A stretch of 64,000 nucleotides of DNA from Trichodelitschia bisporula (lineage: Eukaryota): positions 1,171,931-1,235,930 of the forward strand of contig ML996694.1 in assembly GCA_010356995.1 (NCBI GenBank). The letters are read 5' to 3'. Below the pieces are notes generated by a model. The model was not told the DNA's origin, made no database searches, and saw only the letters and a list, made by a program, of their open reading frames with translations. Positions 1-11,553 of the stretch are shown one piece after another; within the stretch, counting starts at the first letter, position 1, and each line of letters starts with the position of its first letter. The position numbers and the translations under genes are program-made.

Positions 1-3000
1 TCCACGACTTCTACCACCTGGGGCACCATGTCGACCACTACGTCGACCACGTCGATCACGAGTACCACTTCTACGCCGACGACGGTGCGTAGTGTGATGA
101 GCACCACTTCGACCACACCGACCACGAGCACCACTTCTACCACCTGGGGCACGATGAGCACAACGAGCACAACGAGCACAACGAGCACGCCCACCACCTG
201 GGGCACTACGTCGTCCACTAGCTCGACCACAAGCACTACCTGGGGCACCATGTCCACTACCTCAACCACGAGCACCACGTCGACGCCGACCACGGTGAGT
301 AGTGTGGCGAGCACCACTTCAACCACTTCGACCACGCCAACCACGAGCACCACCATGACGAGCAGCACATCTACCACCTGGGGTACTATGTCGTCTACTA
401 CCTCGACCACGACTATGAGCACCACGTCTACGCCGACAACCGTGCGTAGTGTGACGAGCACCACGAGCACCACTCCGACCACGTCGACCACGAGCACCAC
501 CTGGGGCACCACTTCGTCTACTACCCCGACCGCGAGCACCACGAGTACTACCTGGGGCACCATGTCCACTACCTCGACCACCCAAACCACGAGCACCACC
601 TCTACGCCGACGACAGTGCGTAGTGTGACGAGCACCACGTCGTCCACTACCCCGACCATGAGCACCACGAGCACTACCTGGGGCACCACATCCACGCCTA
701 CCACCGTCTCAACCACACGGGCTCGGTCAACCTCCTGGGGCACCACATCGTCCACCACGTCCAGCGCCACCAGCACCTCCACAACCCTCAGCTGCCCGAA
801 CTCCAACTCAGCAACCTACGACGGCTTCATCATCGAGTGCTACATCGACCGCTTCGACTCCGACATTAAGACCATCTACACCCTCACGCTGAACCTGTGT
901 ATCGACGCTTGTCGCGCGACGCCGGGTTGCGTGGATGTGAGCTGGGCGCCTGGCACCCCTGGACCGTGTTATCTCAAGAGTGCGGTCGGGACGCCGGGGA
1001 ATAATGGCGGGATTTGGGGCGCGCGGAGTGTGGGGGCGACGGGTTCGACGAGCACGGTGAGTACGGTGAGCACGACGAGTGTGGTGAGCACAACGGCGAC
1101 AACCTCGATGACTTCGTCCACTACTAGCGTCCCGACTACCTCAAGCACGACGTCCACGACCAGCACCACGAGCTCAATCTCAACGACATCGACATCGGCC
1201 ACCACCAGCGTGCCGACCACGATGAGCACCGCCACCTCCACGACATCCACAACATCCACAACATCCACAGCATCCACAACATCCACAACCTCAACCTCAA
1301 CTCCATCCACCGTCTCCTGCCCCGGCTCCGACGGGATGAGCTTCAACGGCTTTCTGATCGAATGCTACGTCGACCGCTACGACGCCGACCTTTCGTTTTT
1401 GTATGTGCAGTCCCTGGATCAGTGCATCAACACCTGCGCGGCGACTCCTGGCTGCGTGGATATTAGCTGGGTGCCGGGCAGTCCTGGGCCTTGTTATTTG
1501 AAGAATGGGGTTGGGGCGGCGCAGAGCAATGGGAATGTTTGGGGAGCGAGAAAGATTGGGGGGACGACGACTACGGTCAGCACGGTTGGGACGACGAGCA
1601 CCACCAGCACGACCAGCGCTACTTCCACCAGCACTACCTCGAGCACAACCTCGAGCCCAACCAGCACCTCCTCGATGACGACGATGACGAGTACCAGCAG
1701 CGCAACCGGCTCCCTCACCACCGTCACCATAACCGCCACCACCAGCAACTCGCGCACAACCCGCACCCGCACCCGCAGCCGCTCCGCAACAACCATAACC
1801 ATGACCGCGACTACCACGACATCCCCAACCTCAACCTCAACCGCACTTGCCTGCCCCGGCGCCAACTCGACCGTGTACGACGACTTCCAGATCGAATGCT
1901 ACATCGACCGGTACGACGCGGACCAGGCGACCACGTACGCGACTTCGCTCAATGCGTGTATCTTGACGTGCGCGTCGACACCCGGGTGCAACGATGTCAG
2001 CTGGGTCCCTGGGAACCCGGGGCCGTGTTATCTGAAGATGAGTGCGGGGGTGCCGCAGAGTAATGCGAATGTGTGGGGCGCGAGGAGGGTTACGGGAGTG
2101 AGCAGCTCCTCGACTTCTACGACCAGCACGGCTGTCAGCACTGTGCCGACCTCGGCTACGAGCACAGCTGTGAGCACTGCGACCACTGTGACGACCTCGG
2201 CTACGAGCACGGCTACCTCCACGAGCCTGTCCTGCCCGGGCAGCAATTCCGTCACAAGCAACGGCTTCGTGGTCGAGTGCTATGTCGACCGGTACGACTC
2301 GGACCAGGCGACGACATATGCCACGAGCCTGGACTCGTGTATCGCCACTTGCAACATCACGCCGGGCTGTGTGGACGTCTCATGGGTTCCTGGCAATCCT
2401 GGTCCGTGTTATCTGAAAAATGCGATTGGGGCAGTGCAGAGCAATGGGAATGTTTGGGGGGCGCGGAAGGTTACGTCTACGACGGCGGTGACGAGCACGG
2501 CTACTAGCATGGCGACGACGAGCTCCAGCTCCAGCACATTGACGACCTCGGCCACCGGCACGACGATGGTGACGAGCACCCGTACTACCACGAGCACGCC
2601 AACCACGCTCTCAACCGTTAGCACCAGCACCACAACCTCATCCCAGTCAACAAATACGCCCATAATCTGCCCCTCCTCCAACGGCGCCACTTACCGCGGC
2701 TACACAGTCGAGTGCTACACCGACCGCTTCGACTCCGACGTTGCGGTGACCTATACTTCGTCCCTGCCCGCCTGTATTGACGCCTGTATTGCCAGCCCCG
2801 GCTGCGTTGACGTCTCTTGGGCACCTGGCGCCCCTGGGCCTTGCTATCTAAAGAACAGCGTCGGTGTTGCGCAGACTAATGGAGGGATTTGGGGCGCGCG
2901 GCTGACGAGTGCGAACGGGGCGGGGAGCACGACCACGAGCTCGACGAGCACGAGCACAAGCCCGACTAGCACGACGGTGAGTACGTCCGCCATAACCACG

Positions 3001-3842
3001 ACGCCAGCAACCACAATCGCAACCATGACCTCGACGTCGACCACGTCCGCCCCAGCAAACACCGCAACCGACTGCCCCGGCGCCAACGGGCGCACCTACC
3101 ACACCAACGGGTACGCCTTCCTCGTGCAGTGCGGAACGGACTACTACGACACCGACCTGACCAACGCACCCAATCCAGTCTACGTCGACGATCTGGCCGC
3201 GTGCATGGATGCTTGTGCCATGACGCCCGGCTGTGGCGCGGTTAATCTGCATGGCTCGGGGACGTGTTACCTGAAGGGCGACCCTGGGTATGCGATTGCG
3301 AATCCGGGGGTGCAGGGTGCGTATATTACTGGAATGGATGCGGATACGGGGGATGAGGATACGGGGGATGAGGATACGGGGGATGAGGATACTGGGGACG
3401 AGGATACTGGGGACGAGGATACGGATGATGATGCGCCGGGTGGGTTTGTGTCGCGGCTGTTTAAGCGCGGCGGCGGCGGGGGGGGGCCGCCGTGGTGGCG
3501 CGGTCGGGGGGGTTATGGGCAAGGAGGCCACGGTGGGGGGAATAAGGAGGATGATGAAGTTGTCACGGAGAGTGTGACGGTTACGGAGGATCCGGTTTGG
3601 GAGACGAGCACTTTGACGGCGGGGTGAGTTTTGTTCTGAAGGGATGGTGGTGGGCTGACGCTAACAGGATCACCACGACGCAGGTTACATCAACTTCTAC
3701 TGTAAGCCCGCGGAGTGACACGACGAACACGTATACTACTACCACAACGACGAAGACGAGGACGGAGGTGGTGGAGACTACGGGGAGTAGTGTGACTGTT
3801 ACAGAGGTTTATTATGAGACGGGGGCGGTGTGGATGAGGTAA
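1..3842 (+). CDS. Ser/Thr-rich mucin-like secreted or cell-wall protein with six PAN/Apple-like Cys modules (5' end outside window)
   Basis: Frame is open from base 1. Six modules of the form CP..(F/Y)xxECYxDRxDxD..C..C..(T/S)PGCxDVSWxPGxPGPCYLK..WGAR start near 793, 1318, 1852, 2233, 2668 and 3073 (the last is more divergent), separated by S/T linkers. Intron 3624-3667 (GTGAGT..GCTAACAG) joins in frame to a final exon 3668-3842 (ITTTQ..AVWMR*). Confidence 0.85.
3343..3417 (+). repeat. Coding tandem repeat, 15 nt x5 (DTGDE)
   Basis: GATACKGGGGAYGAG repeated five times inside the mucin CDS. Confidence 0.95.
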
Positions 3843-3880
3843 ATTAGGACATTCTTTTGGGAGGTTTTTTGGGGGGGGTT

Positions 3881-4740
3881 ACGCTCTTTGATTGGAATTG
3901 GGATGGTGGTTTTGGTGGACTGGATGGGTTGAACGCTCTTTGATGGGGATTTGAATGGTGGTGTTGGTGGACCGGATGGGTTGAACGCTCTTTGATGGGG
4001 ATTTGAATGGTGCTGTTGGTGGACTGGATGGGTTGAACGTTCTTTAAAGGGATTGGAACGGTGGGATCGGTACACTCTTTCATTGGGATTGGAATGATGG
4101 TGTTGATGGACTGGATGGGTTTACACTCTTTAACTGGGATTGGAACGGTGGGATCGGTACGCTCTTTCATTGGGCTTGGAACGGTGGGATCGGTACGCTC
4201 TCTAATTGGGACTGGAAAGTGGTGCTGCTGGGGTGGATGGTTCTACGCTCTTTCATTGGGACTGGAATGGTGATGTTGGTGGACTGGATTGGTTTACACT
4301 CTTTAATTGGGATCGGAATGGTGATGTTGGTGGACTCCATGGGTTTTACGCTCCTTATGGTGGTTGGAATGGTGGTGTTGATGGACTGGATGAGTTTACA
4401 CTCTTTAACTGGGACCGGAATGGTGGGATCGATACGCTCTTTTATTGGGATTGGAATTGTTGTGTTGGTGGACTGGATGGGTTGACACTCTTTGATTGGG
4501 ATTGGAATGGTGATGTTGGTGGACTGGATGGATTTTACGCTCTTTAATTGGGACCGGAATGGTGGATCGGTACGCTCTTTCAGTGGGATTGGAATGGTGG
4601 ATTTGATGGACTGGATGGGCTTCACACTCTTTCATTGGGACTGGAATGGTGGGATCTGTAAACACACTCTTTCATTGGGATTGGAAAGGTGGGGTCGGTA
4701 GACACGCTCTTTATTTGGGATGGTGAATCGGTAGACTGGA
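3881..4740. repeat. Compound minisatellite, about 19 units of two interleaved types (50-52 nt and 35-40 nt)
   Basis: Core ACRCTCTTTNATTGGGAYTGGAA recurs at 3881, 3933, 3985, 4037, 4072, 4123, 4159, 4195, 4245, 4296, 4348, 4398, 4434, 4485, 4537, 4572, 4624, 4664 and 4704. It is followed by either TGGTGRTGTTGGTGGACTGGATGGGTT or YGGTGGGATCGGT. Confidence 0.95.
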
Positions 4741-4762
4741 TAACAATAATGGGATATGAAAT

Positions 4763-4926
4763 GGTTGGGGGAAAGAGTTCACCGTGCTTGATTTGCCCCT
4801 CAGTTATTGATATAGGAATCACTCTCTCCGCTCTCCATTCTCTCTGAACAGCGAGACGTCTTCTAAAGTCCTGAATACAAGAGCTATTTCAAAGAACTCG
4901 AACGTCCTCAAGTCCTGTGCGCAACA
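4763..4926 (+). mobile_element. Possible second, unrelated solo-LTR remnant
   Basis: GGTTG...GCAACA ends, a TATA-like GATATAG followed by a CT-rich tract, and AATACA. No TSD and no second copy in the window. Confidence 0.2.
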
Positions 4927-4929
4927 TCC

Positions 4930-5089
4930 ATCCATCAATCTTGATGCAAACATAGACTGAGCACGTACAAATGGCTACGGTGCAAAATGAGTTGCTGAAA
5001 ACAGCTTAAGAGAAGAGAGTCGATAGCCACTTAAAAATGAACCCAAGATGTCCTCCGATACTTCCTCCTCCTCTCACGCGCACACTACA
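4930..5089 (-). mobile_element. Solo-LTR-like dispersed repeat, copy A
   Basis: Reverse complement starts TGTAGTGTGCGCGTGAGAGGAGGAGGAAGTATCGGAGGACA and contains CACCGTAGCCAT. It aligns by eye to the copies at 11.1, 34.0 and 56.6 kb. The 3' boundary is approximate. Confidence 0.65.
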
Positions 5090-8000
5090 TCGTGTGTGCT
5101 CTCTTCCTTACTATCTACCGTAGCAATGCTCCCCCCCAACTCGTATGTCTACATCAAACCTTCCCTCGCGCATCACCAGCGAGAACAACGTCAGCCCAGC
5201 CTCGCAGCCCTACGCCAGCCAACTCAGCCCTTGGCCCTTCGGAACGAAACCGAGCTCCCAGGGTGAACCCAGGGGCGATCACAAAGCTCGGCGCGCGGCG
5301 GATGTTTGTTTGCACGTCATGAACTTGTCGTGGGGAAACAAGGGGGCGCGCGGAGGTCAGGGCGTGGAAACGCGGCGCGGTTACTCCACGATTCGGGGCG
5401 AAAAGCCAGTGTCCCACAGGTGCCGATATCGATTGGACGTAAGGGGAATCGGCGCGATTCGACATTCGATAAAATTCGACATTCGATAAAGTTAGTTCTT
5501 GTCTTCGTCTGTGCGGAGTATCGATTGGACATAGGAATTCAGGCGCGCCAGGGGAAGACTGGAGGAATAAAGGAACAACAATGGAAGTCCGGCTGGAAGT
5601 CCGGCGGAAGACAGGGAGAATCCGCCGAAGGCAGGGGGAATATTCAGGCTTCCAGCTTCTAGAAAGAAGGAATCGCACCTCTTCATTCGCGAACGGCCTT
5701 TCTAGTTCTTCGAGCTGCCCTGCTGGTGTGCGGGGAAATACGCTCGTTGGCTGGTTATTCGGTCCGGAGTCAGGATTAAGGTTTTCCGGCTTTATGGCGG
5801 GGTGCGGAGAAGGCGAGGGTGTGTGGTTCATGCAGCCTGCCCAGTTTCTCGACATCATTCGCTAAATTAGCATGCGGCACAGGAAGGTCACGACGTGAGG
5901 ACGAACTGTTGACCTACGTACCGCGGTCATGACGTGTGCAAGAGCGGTGGAAACATCTTCGTTTCATGCACTTCTAGCTCAGCTGTCCTTCGTGGTGAGA
6001 CTTTCTTTCTGCGCGAAACGCATGCGCGACGACGCTGCTTGCCCGCGAGTCGTGCGGCGAGTCATGGCTTCGGCTTCCCCGCGTTGCTTGAACTTGGGCT
6101 GGATATTTAGGGTTCGGTTGGGATCAGGGGAGCGGTGTGCTTGAGTTTTGTTTGGTGGGTGGGTTTGGGTTGGGAGTGGTTGTTGGAGATGGGGATGCGA
6201 GTCGTGATGGAGGGGTGGTGACGCAGCGCGCGGGCCGTTGGGTGTGATGTGCGGCGGGTAGATCGTGGCGCCAGCTGACGGGATTGCGTGGTTTGCGGGG
6301 ATGGGGATGGTTTTTGATCAGCGATCGGGATGGGGATGGGAGATGATGATGTTCAGCTCTTACGGTACCGGTACGCACTGGACGATGATAGATTTTGATT
6401 GATATTATTGAGCTGCGCCAGCTCTTACCCGTGTTGAGGCTGATAACCGCGTGGTAGTATTGCCACAGCAGCGCCTCTGAGCACTCCATCCTCGTGGCAT
6501 GCCAGACGACAGGTCCGGAGAGTTTTGGGTATCATTGCGACACGCGCGGCGGCTTGTGATAATGTGACGAGCTCCCGGGCGGCAAGATAGACGATAAAGC
6601 GAGAGATTACCGCAGAATTGCTAGCCGGCCGTTTATTTCGCCCGGAGGGAGCGGCTGAGCGATGCGATATATCCCAATATATCGGGTGGGAAATGTGCGT
6701 GAGAGAATGGTTCGATGTTTGCTTGCTTGTGTGGGCGGCGGAGAAAGGGTGAGGCCGTGGCTAAAACTGGAGGCTGCTTCTTTAACCGCTTCTTTCGCTT
6801 CTATTCTTTGTTTTTTACTGGTTGTTTTGGTTGTTTTCCTCTTGTTCGAGTCCGAGGCGACGGTGAGGGTTTCGGCATCCCGACTCGGGCAACTGCACCT
6901 GCGCCCGTTCGCCGAGTCGCCGTGTCAATCCTCCCAGAAGGGGAAGTTTCACACATGTCTCGCCCATCTCCCTCCAATCCTGGATGCCAGTGATCGCCAT
7001 AAGACCGTCACTTAAGCAGATCTCTCCCCCCCCTGCGGGTGATGCCATTCACGATCAGCCAAGCCGTCCAAGCTTCATACGCAAAGGACAATCTTGGGAA
7101 AATGGCACGACAGTCCAAGATGGACTTAACAAGATGGAGAATTAATTATGTGCGTCTCATCGCGGCGCGCCCCCACCCCCCCACCCCCCACATGCCGTAT
7201 TCTCACACTCTGCGGATAATGAGGCATATCGCCTCGTTTGGGCAAGCGAGGTCGGCGCCCGGCGTGCATAACGCGAAGCAGCTGCATATGTACCTTCCCC
7301 TTCCACTTCTGCGATATGTACCTTAATCCGAACGCGTCTCGGGTTGTCAGCGGCCGGCTTTCGCACTTCTGCCGACCTCTACTTCCATCCCGCATACACT
7401 CCTGCTTCTCCAACCCCCTCCCCGTGCTGCGTAAACCGGCCAGCTCTTCATAAAATCCCCCTTCCCGCCCGCCCAGAAGCCCTTGGCCCCGGAGCCGTGG
7501 CGCCCCACGCTCGTACCAGCCCGTTGGCGTGCCTGGCAACGCCGCCTGGCTTCTAGCGGGCACACGTGTGTCCCACGCGCCACAGCGCGTGGCAGTGATC
7601 AGCGTGCTCGCCATGTTCCACACGGCGACGATCTTGACGATCCCCACGAGGCAAAGAATTGACGATGTACAAGATACGCAAGTCCCACTTCGGCAGTCTA
7701 TCCAGAAGAGCAGTTGGGAATTTCGTACTTCGTCCCGTCAACGCGGCGCTCATGGCTTCATTGCCGCTCCTAGCGCCGCCTGGGCACACCTCCTGCCTCC
7801 AGGGTACAAGCTGGTACTTCCGGGCCGGAGACCGGGGCCAGGCCCCCCCCTGGGGCCGGCCGTTGGAGCTGCACCGAAGGTGTGGATGGGCTTCGATGCA
7901 GCTGTGTGTGACAAGTCCGACTGTATATCCGTAGCACAATTGCGAGTATGTGTGTACCCTCCACGTTAGACATGCTGCACTTGCCTGACTCCGCTGACTT

Positions 8001-8842
8001 TGCGGAGAATGGGCAAGGTCTTTGTTCACAGATGTACATTGGTGGGTGTTTGGAACGGTTTGCTGCACGCTTATCCTGCAGGATGCTGCAAGGACGAGGC
8101 TAGGGAGATGCACGCGGCAGGGGCATAGCGAGAGAAACGAGAGCTCGGGCTTTGGGGGGGAGGGGAGAAGCTTATCCTGCATGGCCGGTGTGGGATGAGC
8201 GTTTGGACGCGTTTATTGCGGTTGAGTGAGGGGTGGAGGATGGGGTGTGATGGGTCAGTTGGAGGGTAGGACTATCACCACCACCACCACCACCACTGCC
8301 CATCAACACCAGTATTACGAGCATCACGACTATCACCATCACCACAACCACCCAGGCAGGAATACCCACATCCCGCCCACCCGCCATCAACAAACCCCAA
8401 AGCAGCACGGCCACCTCTAGCCCGCGACACACCAAGCCACAAGGATGAGAAATTCTGCGTGGCGCTCATGGCTCGGCATGCTAAGATTGCTTTTCCCGTA
8501 AATACAACGTACGTTTGCGTGCTCCCCATCATTCCCCCTTGCTGTTAAAACGCCTCTCACTCACGCCTCCCCAGGTCCTCGAGGCGGCGGCGCAAGTGTC
8601 AAGCGGAGACGAAAGTGCGACACGGAGGAGAAGGAAGCAAAATAGACCTACAGACTCCTCAGCCCATTCCCACCACCAAGGAAAATAGGCCCACAAAATC
8701 AATCCCAACCCGGCGTCCATCAGCCACCCCTAACTCACCCTCACCTCCTCGCTGTCAAAGTTCAACCTTATAGTCCTCCCCCATCCTCCTCATCTCCGCA
8801 CCCTTCTCTCCCTCCCTCCCCACACACTCCCTATCACCAACC

Positions 8843-10903
8843 ATGTCGACCCCCAAGCGCTCCAAATTCTTCGCCCTCTCCTCCCGCAACAAGCCCGCAG
8901 CCGCACTGAAGAAATCCTCCCCCCCCACCGTCCCCATCTCCACTTCCCAACCACCCAGCACAAAAGCCGAACGCATCCTCGGTCTCCACGCTCCGAACGC
9001 AGGCCAACAACCCCCCCGTCTCCCCCGCCGCGCCGACCTCCACCCCAACGACGCAGCCAGCGAGCACAGCTTCGAGCCCTCCCTCGAGTACTCCTCCCTG
9101 AGCCACGAGGACCTCCTCCCCCCCTCCTTCCCCTCCGCCGATCTCCCGCCGCCACGCTCAGCCCACTCCAACCGGCCCATCGACGCCCGTCACCGCCTCG
9201 ACTTCTCTCGTCTCTTCCCCAGATCCGGCAGCAACAGCGGCCGGTCCGCCGCCGACCCCGCCCCCCGCTCCGTAGCACCCTCCACCTACTCCACCACGCC
9301 CTCCTTCCGCGCCCCCTCCGCCCTCAGCACTACCTCATCCAACACCCTAACTCCCGGTCCGCGCGTCCTCTCAACCCGACGGAGCACCGGGTCCCTCCGT
9401 AAAGAGTCCGCCCGCCGCGTCCGGCGCGACGAATTCGACAACGTAAAAGAGAATGTACGGCGCCCGCCAGCCGGAATCCAGCACTGGTTCGAGGGCCTCT
9501 CCGAGGAGGAGTGCGAGTCCTCCGACCCTGAAGCCGAAGCCGAGCCCCCCTCCCCCGGCCTGACCCTCGATCTCGATGCCCTCGACCCGGGTACCGAGAG
9601 CGACACAGACCCCTACGCCGGGACCACGCGCCGCTCCTCCGGCGCCTCCAGCTCCCAGCGGCGCATGCTCCGCGCCAGTCTCACGACCACAGCAACGAGC
9701 ACAACAGCAGCGAGCAGCGTGTTCAGCGCGCCCTCCCTCGCTCCCTCCTCGCGGCCCCGGACCGCGCCGCGTCGCGCAGCACCCGATCTCGCGCACACCA
9801 GCATCCTCAGCACAACCAGCTCCTCCTCCTCATACTCCACCCCCCCCTCCCCAGAACTCGAGCCGGGCATCCCCGTCTCCGAATCCGAGCGCCGGCGCCA
9901 GCGCTCCCAACGGCGCAAGCCGCAGCCGAAACTCATGGCCGTGACGCCAGAAGAGGAAGCCCTGCTCGGCCTGATGCGGCGCAAGCGCGCAGCCATGGCC
10001 CGTGCCTCGCCGCCTTTTGACGTCCCCCCCCCAGCACCGCCACCAAGTGCTGCACTGCCACCTATCCCGCCCACGCCGCCCTTCCCCTGCGCGACCCCGC
10101 CACTGCCGCTCCGCGCACCGGCCCGTGGCCCGCCGTCACTGCCGATGCGCAGTTTAAGCCGCCCACCGCCCGTGTTGGCAGAGGCGCGGCGCGCAGAAGT
10201 GCGCGCCAAGCTGCATGCTCCTGCGCCGGCGGCCGAGGAAGTGCTGCGTGCAGATATCCGCGCCAAACTCAACGCCCCGGCGCGCGAATCGCTCGCGCCG
10301 CGCCCGGAGAGCCTAGTCCTCCCCGCGGAGGAGATGACGGGCAACGCGAAGTTTCTCCTCTTCCCGCCCGCGCACGTACCCGGCCCGGCCTCGCCGTGCT
10401 TGTCGCCGAGTAGCATGGACTTTCCGCTCCCGCCTGTGCTGGGGCAGGGCCTGGGGATTGGGCTCGCGCCGCATGCGGAGGAGGTTGAGGAGGAGGAGGT
10501 AGTCCGTGGGCGGCCCGCGGGTTCCAACGGACATTCGCGGCGGCGGTCTGCTTCGTCGGGGTGCGAGGGGAGTGGGGGTGTGAGGCTGAGCCGGAGTGGG
10601 AGTGAAATAGCGATGGGGAAGAGGCCGAGGGCGGAGACGGCGAGTAGTGCGAGTGTAGGGGATTTTGTACTGCTTGATCCGCCGCCACGGACGAGCTCGC
10701 GGAGGGCGAGGGCGGGGAGTGGCGCTGGGTGGTCGACGGGGAGGTTGGTAGGGGGGGAGGCGTCGGGAAGTGCGGCAGCGGAGGTGGGGAGTTCGGTCCC
10801 GGCTGGGCTTGCGCCGGTAAGGTGTAGTGTCAGTGAGGATGTGCTTGCTGCTTGGGGGAGTTTGGGGGGTTGGAGGGGGCAAGAGGGGACGGTGTATGAG
10901 TGA
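8843..10903 (+). CDS. Hypothetical Pro/Ser-rich, largely disordered protein (686 aa, single exon)
   Basis: Long ORF with a good start context (CAACCATG) after a pyrimidine-rich leader. Ordered islands include KENVRRPPAGIQHWFEGL, LMAVTPEEEALLGLMRRKRAAM and RCSVSEDVLAAWGSLGGW. Confidence 0.75.
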   Translation: MSTPKRSKFFALSSRNKPAAALKKSSPPTVPISTSQPPSTKAERILGLHAPNAGQQPPRLPRRADLHPNDAASEHSFEPSLEYSSLSHEDLLPPSFPSADLPPPRSAHSNRPIDARHRLDFSRLFPRSGSNSGRSAADPAPRSVAPSTYSTTPSFRAPSALSTTSSNTLTPGPRVLSTRRSTGSLRKESARRVRRDEFDNVKENVRRPPAGIQHWFEGLSEEECESSDPEAEAEPPSPGLTLDLDALDPGTESDTDPYAGTTRRSSGASSSQRRMLRASLTTTATSTTAASSVFSAPSLAPSSRPRTAPRRAAPDLAHTSILSTTSSSSSYSTPPSPELEPGIPVSESERRRQRSQRRKPQPKLMAVTPEEEALLGLMRRKRAAMARASPPFDVPPPAPPPSAALPPIPPTPPFPCATPPLPLRAPARGPPSLPMRSLSRPPPVLAEARRAEVRAKLHAPAPAAEEVLRADIRAKLNAPARESLAPRPESLVLPAEEMTGNAKFLLFPPAHVPGPASPCLSPSSMDFPLPPVLGQGLGIGLAPHAEEVEEEEVVRGRPAGSNGHSRRRSASSGCEGSGGVRLSRSGSEIAMGKRPRAETASSASVGDFVLLDPPPRTSSRRARAGSGAGWSTGRLVGGEASGSAAAEVGSSVPAGLAPVRCSVSEDVLAAWGSLGGWRGQEGTVYE

Positions 10904-11051
10904 TGAGGGGAGGGTTTTGGGGATTCTAGGTGTGGTGATTAGGGACGAGGGTGTACATTTCTTGGTGAGGTGGTTTGGGACGGGGTTGTACATAACGGCT
11001 GGGTTGGAGGAATGGGCGTGTACACGCAATGAATGAATATACGCTGGCCCA

Positions 11052-11209
11052 TTTGAACGATGAAAGTGGAAGCATAGGCCTGGCCGTGCCATGGCTACGG
11101 TGTGAAGTGAGAGGTTGATGAAAGAGAGTCGGAGGCGCTCGAGACTAAAATGCATCGTTCGTGCCCAGTTTCCTCCGATCCTCCATCCTTCTGTCGTGCG
11201 CACATTACA
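11052..11209 (-). mobile_element. Solo-LTR-like dispersed repeat, copy B
   Basis: Reverse complement starts TGTAATGTGCGCACGACAGAAGGATGGAGGATCGGAGGAAA. It shares TCACTTCACACCGTAGCC exactly (11093-11110) with 34111-34128, plus TTTAGTYTCGAGC and GCCYATGCTTCCA. Confidence 0.7.
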
Positions 11210-11274
11210 TCCATGTGCCTTCCCAAGTGTAAATTAGCATGATCCTTCCTCATGTCTATATCTGATGATGGGTT

Positions 11275-11553
11275 CGTGATAGAGAGGGAGGTGGCTTGAC
11301 TCGTGGCGACGGGAGAAAGGCTCAAGGCGAGTGCAAAGGCAATGAGTGAAGAGTGAAAGTATTGCGCAGACGGAGAACAGATGAGAGAGGAGAGTGACGG
11401 GGTCGGTCATTGCTTAATACACTGTTGTCCGTGTCCTGGGTTCCTTTCGTTATCTCCGGTACCACTTCCCCGGATACGCACACTCTATCCAGGAGCACGA
11501 CTGTCTCTTCACAAGATACCAATGCCCCTTCTCTGTGCCTACATGACGTGGCA
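11275..11553 (-). mobile_element. Possible degenerate solo LTR of another family
   Basis: Reverse strand reads TGCCACG..GTATTAAG..CT-rich tract..AATAC..ATCACGA, an LTR-like layout with decayed ends. Single copy, no TSD. Confidence 0.2.

Noticed and set aside
3839..3900. Possible splice from the mucin last exon (AG|GTAAAT) into the repeat array
   Set aside because: No convincing branch site and YAG acceptor downstream.
3844..4701. Repeat-peptide (RiPP-precursor-like) ORFs in the minisatellite
   Set aside because: Unit lengths of 35, 40, 50 and 52 nt break frame. There is no signal peptide, no KR-delimited cores and no neighbouring DUF3328-type genes.
3881..4740. CRISPR-like array (constant core plus variable spacers)
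   Set aside because: Spacers are not unique but two recurring types, the core is degenerate, there are no cas genes and the context is eukaryotic.
5048..8720. Many 60-230 aa ORFs in the intergenic gap
   Set aside because: No recognisable motifs or consistent gene structure; expected by chance in GC-rich DNA.
9613..11203. Long antisense ORFs (304 and 296 aa) over the 686-aa gene
   Set aside because: Shadow frames of a GC-rich CDS.
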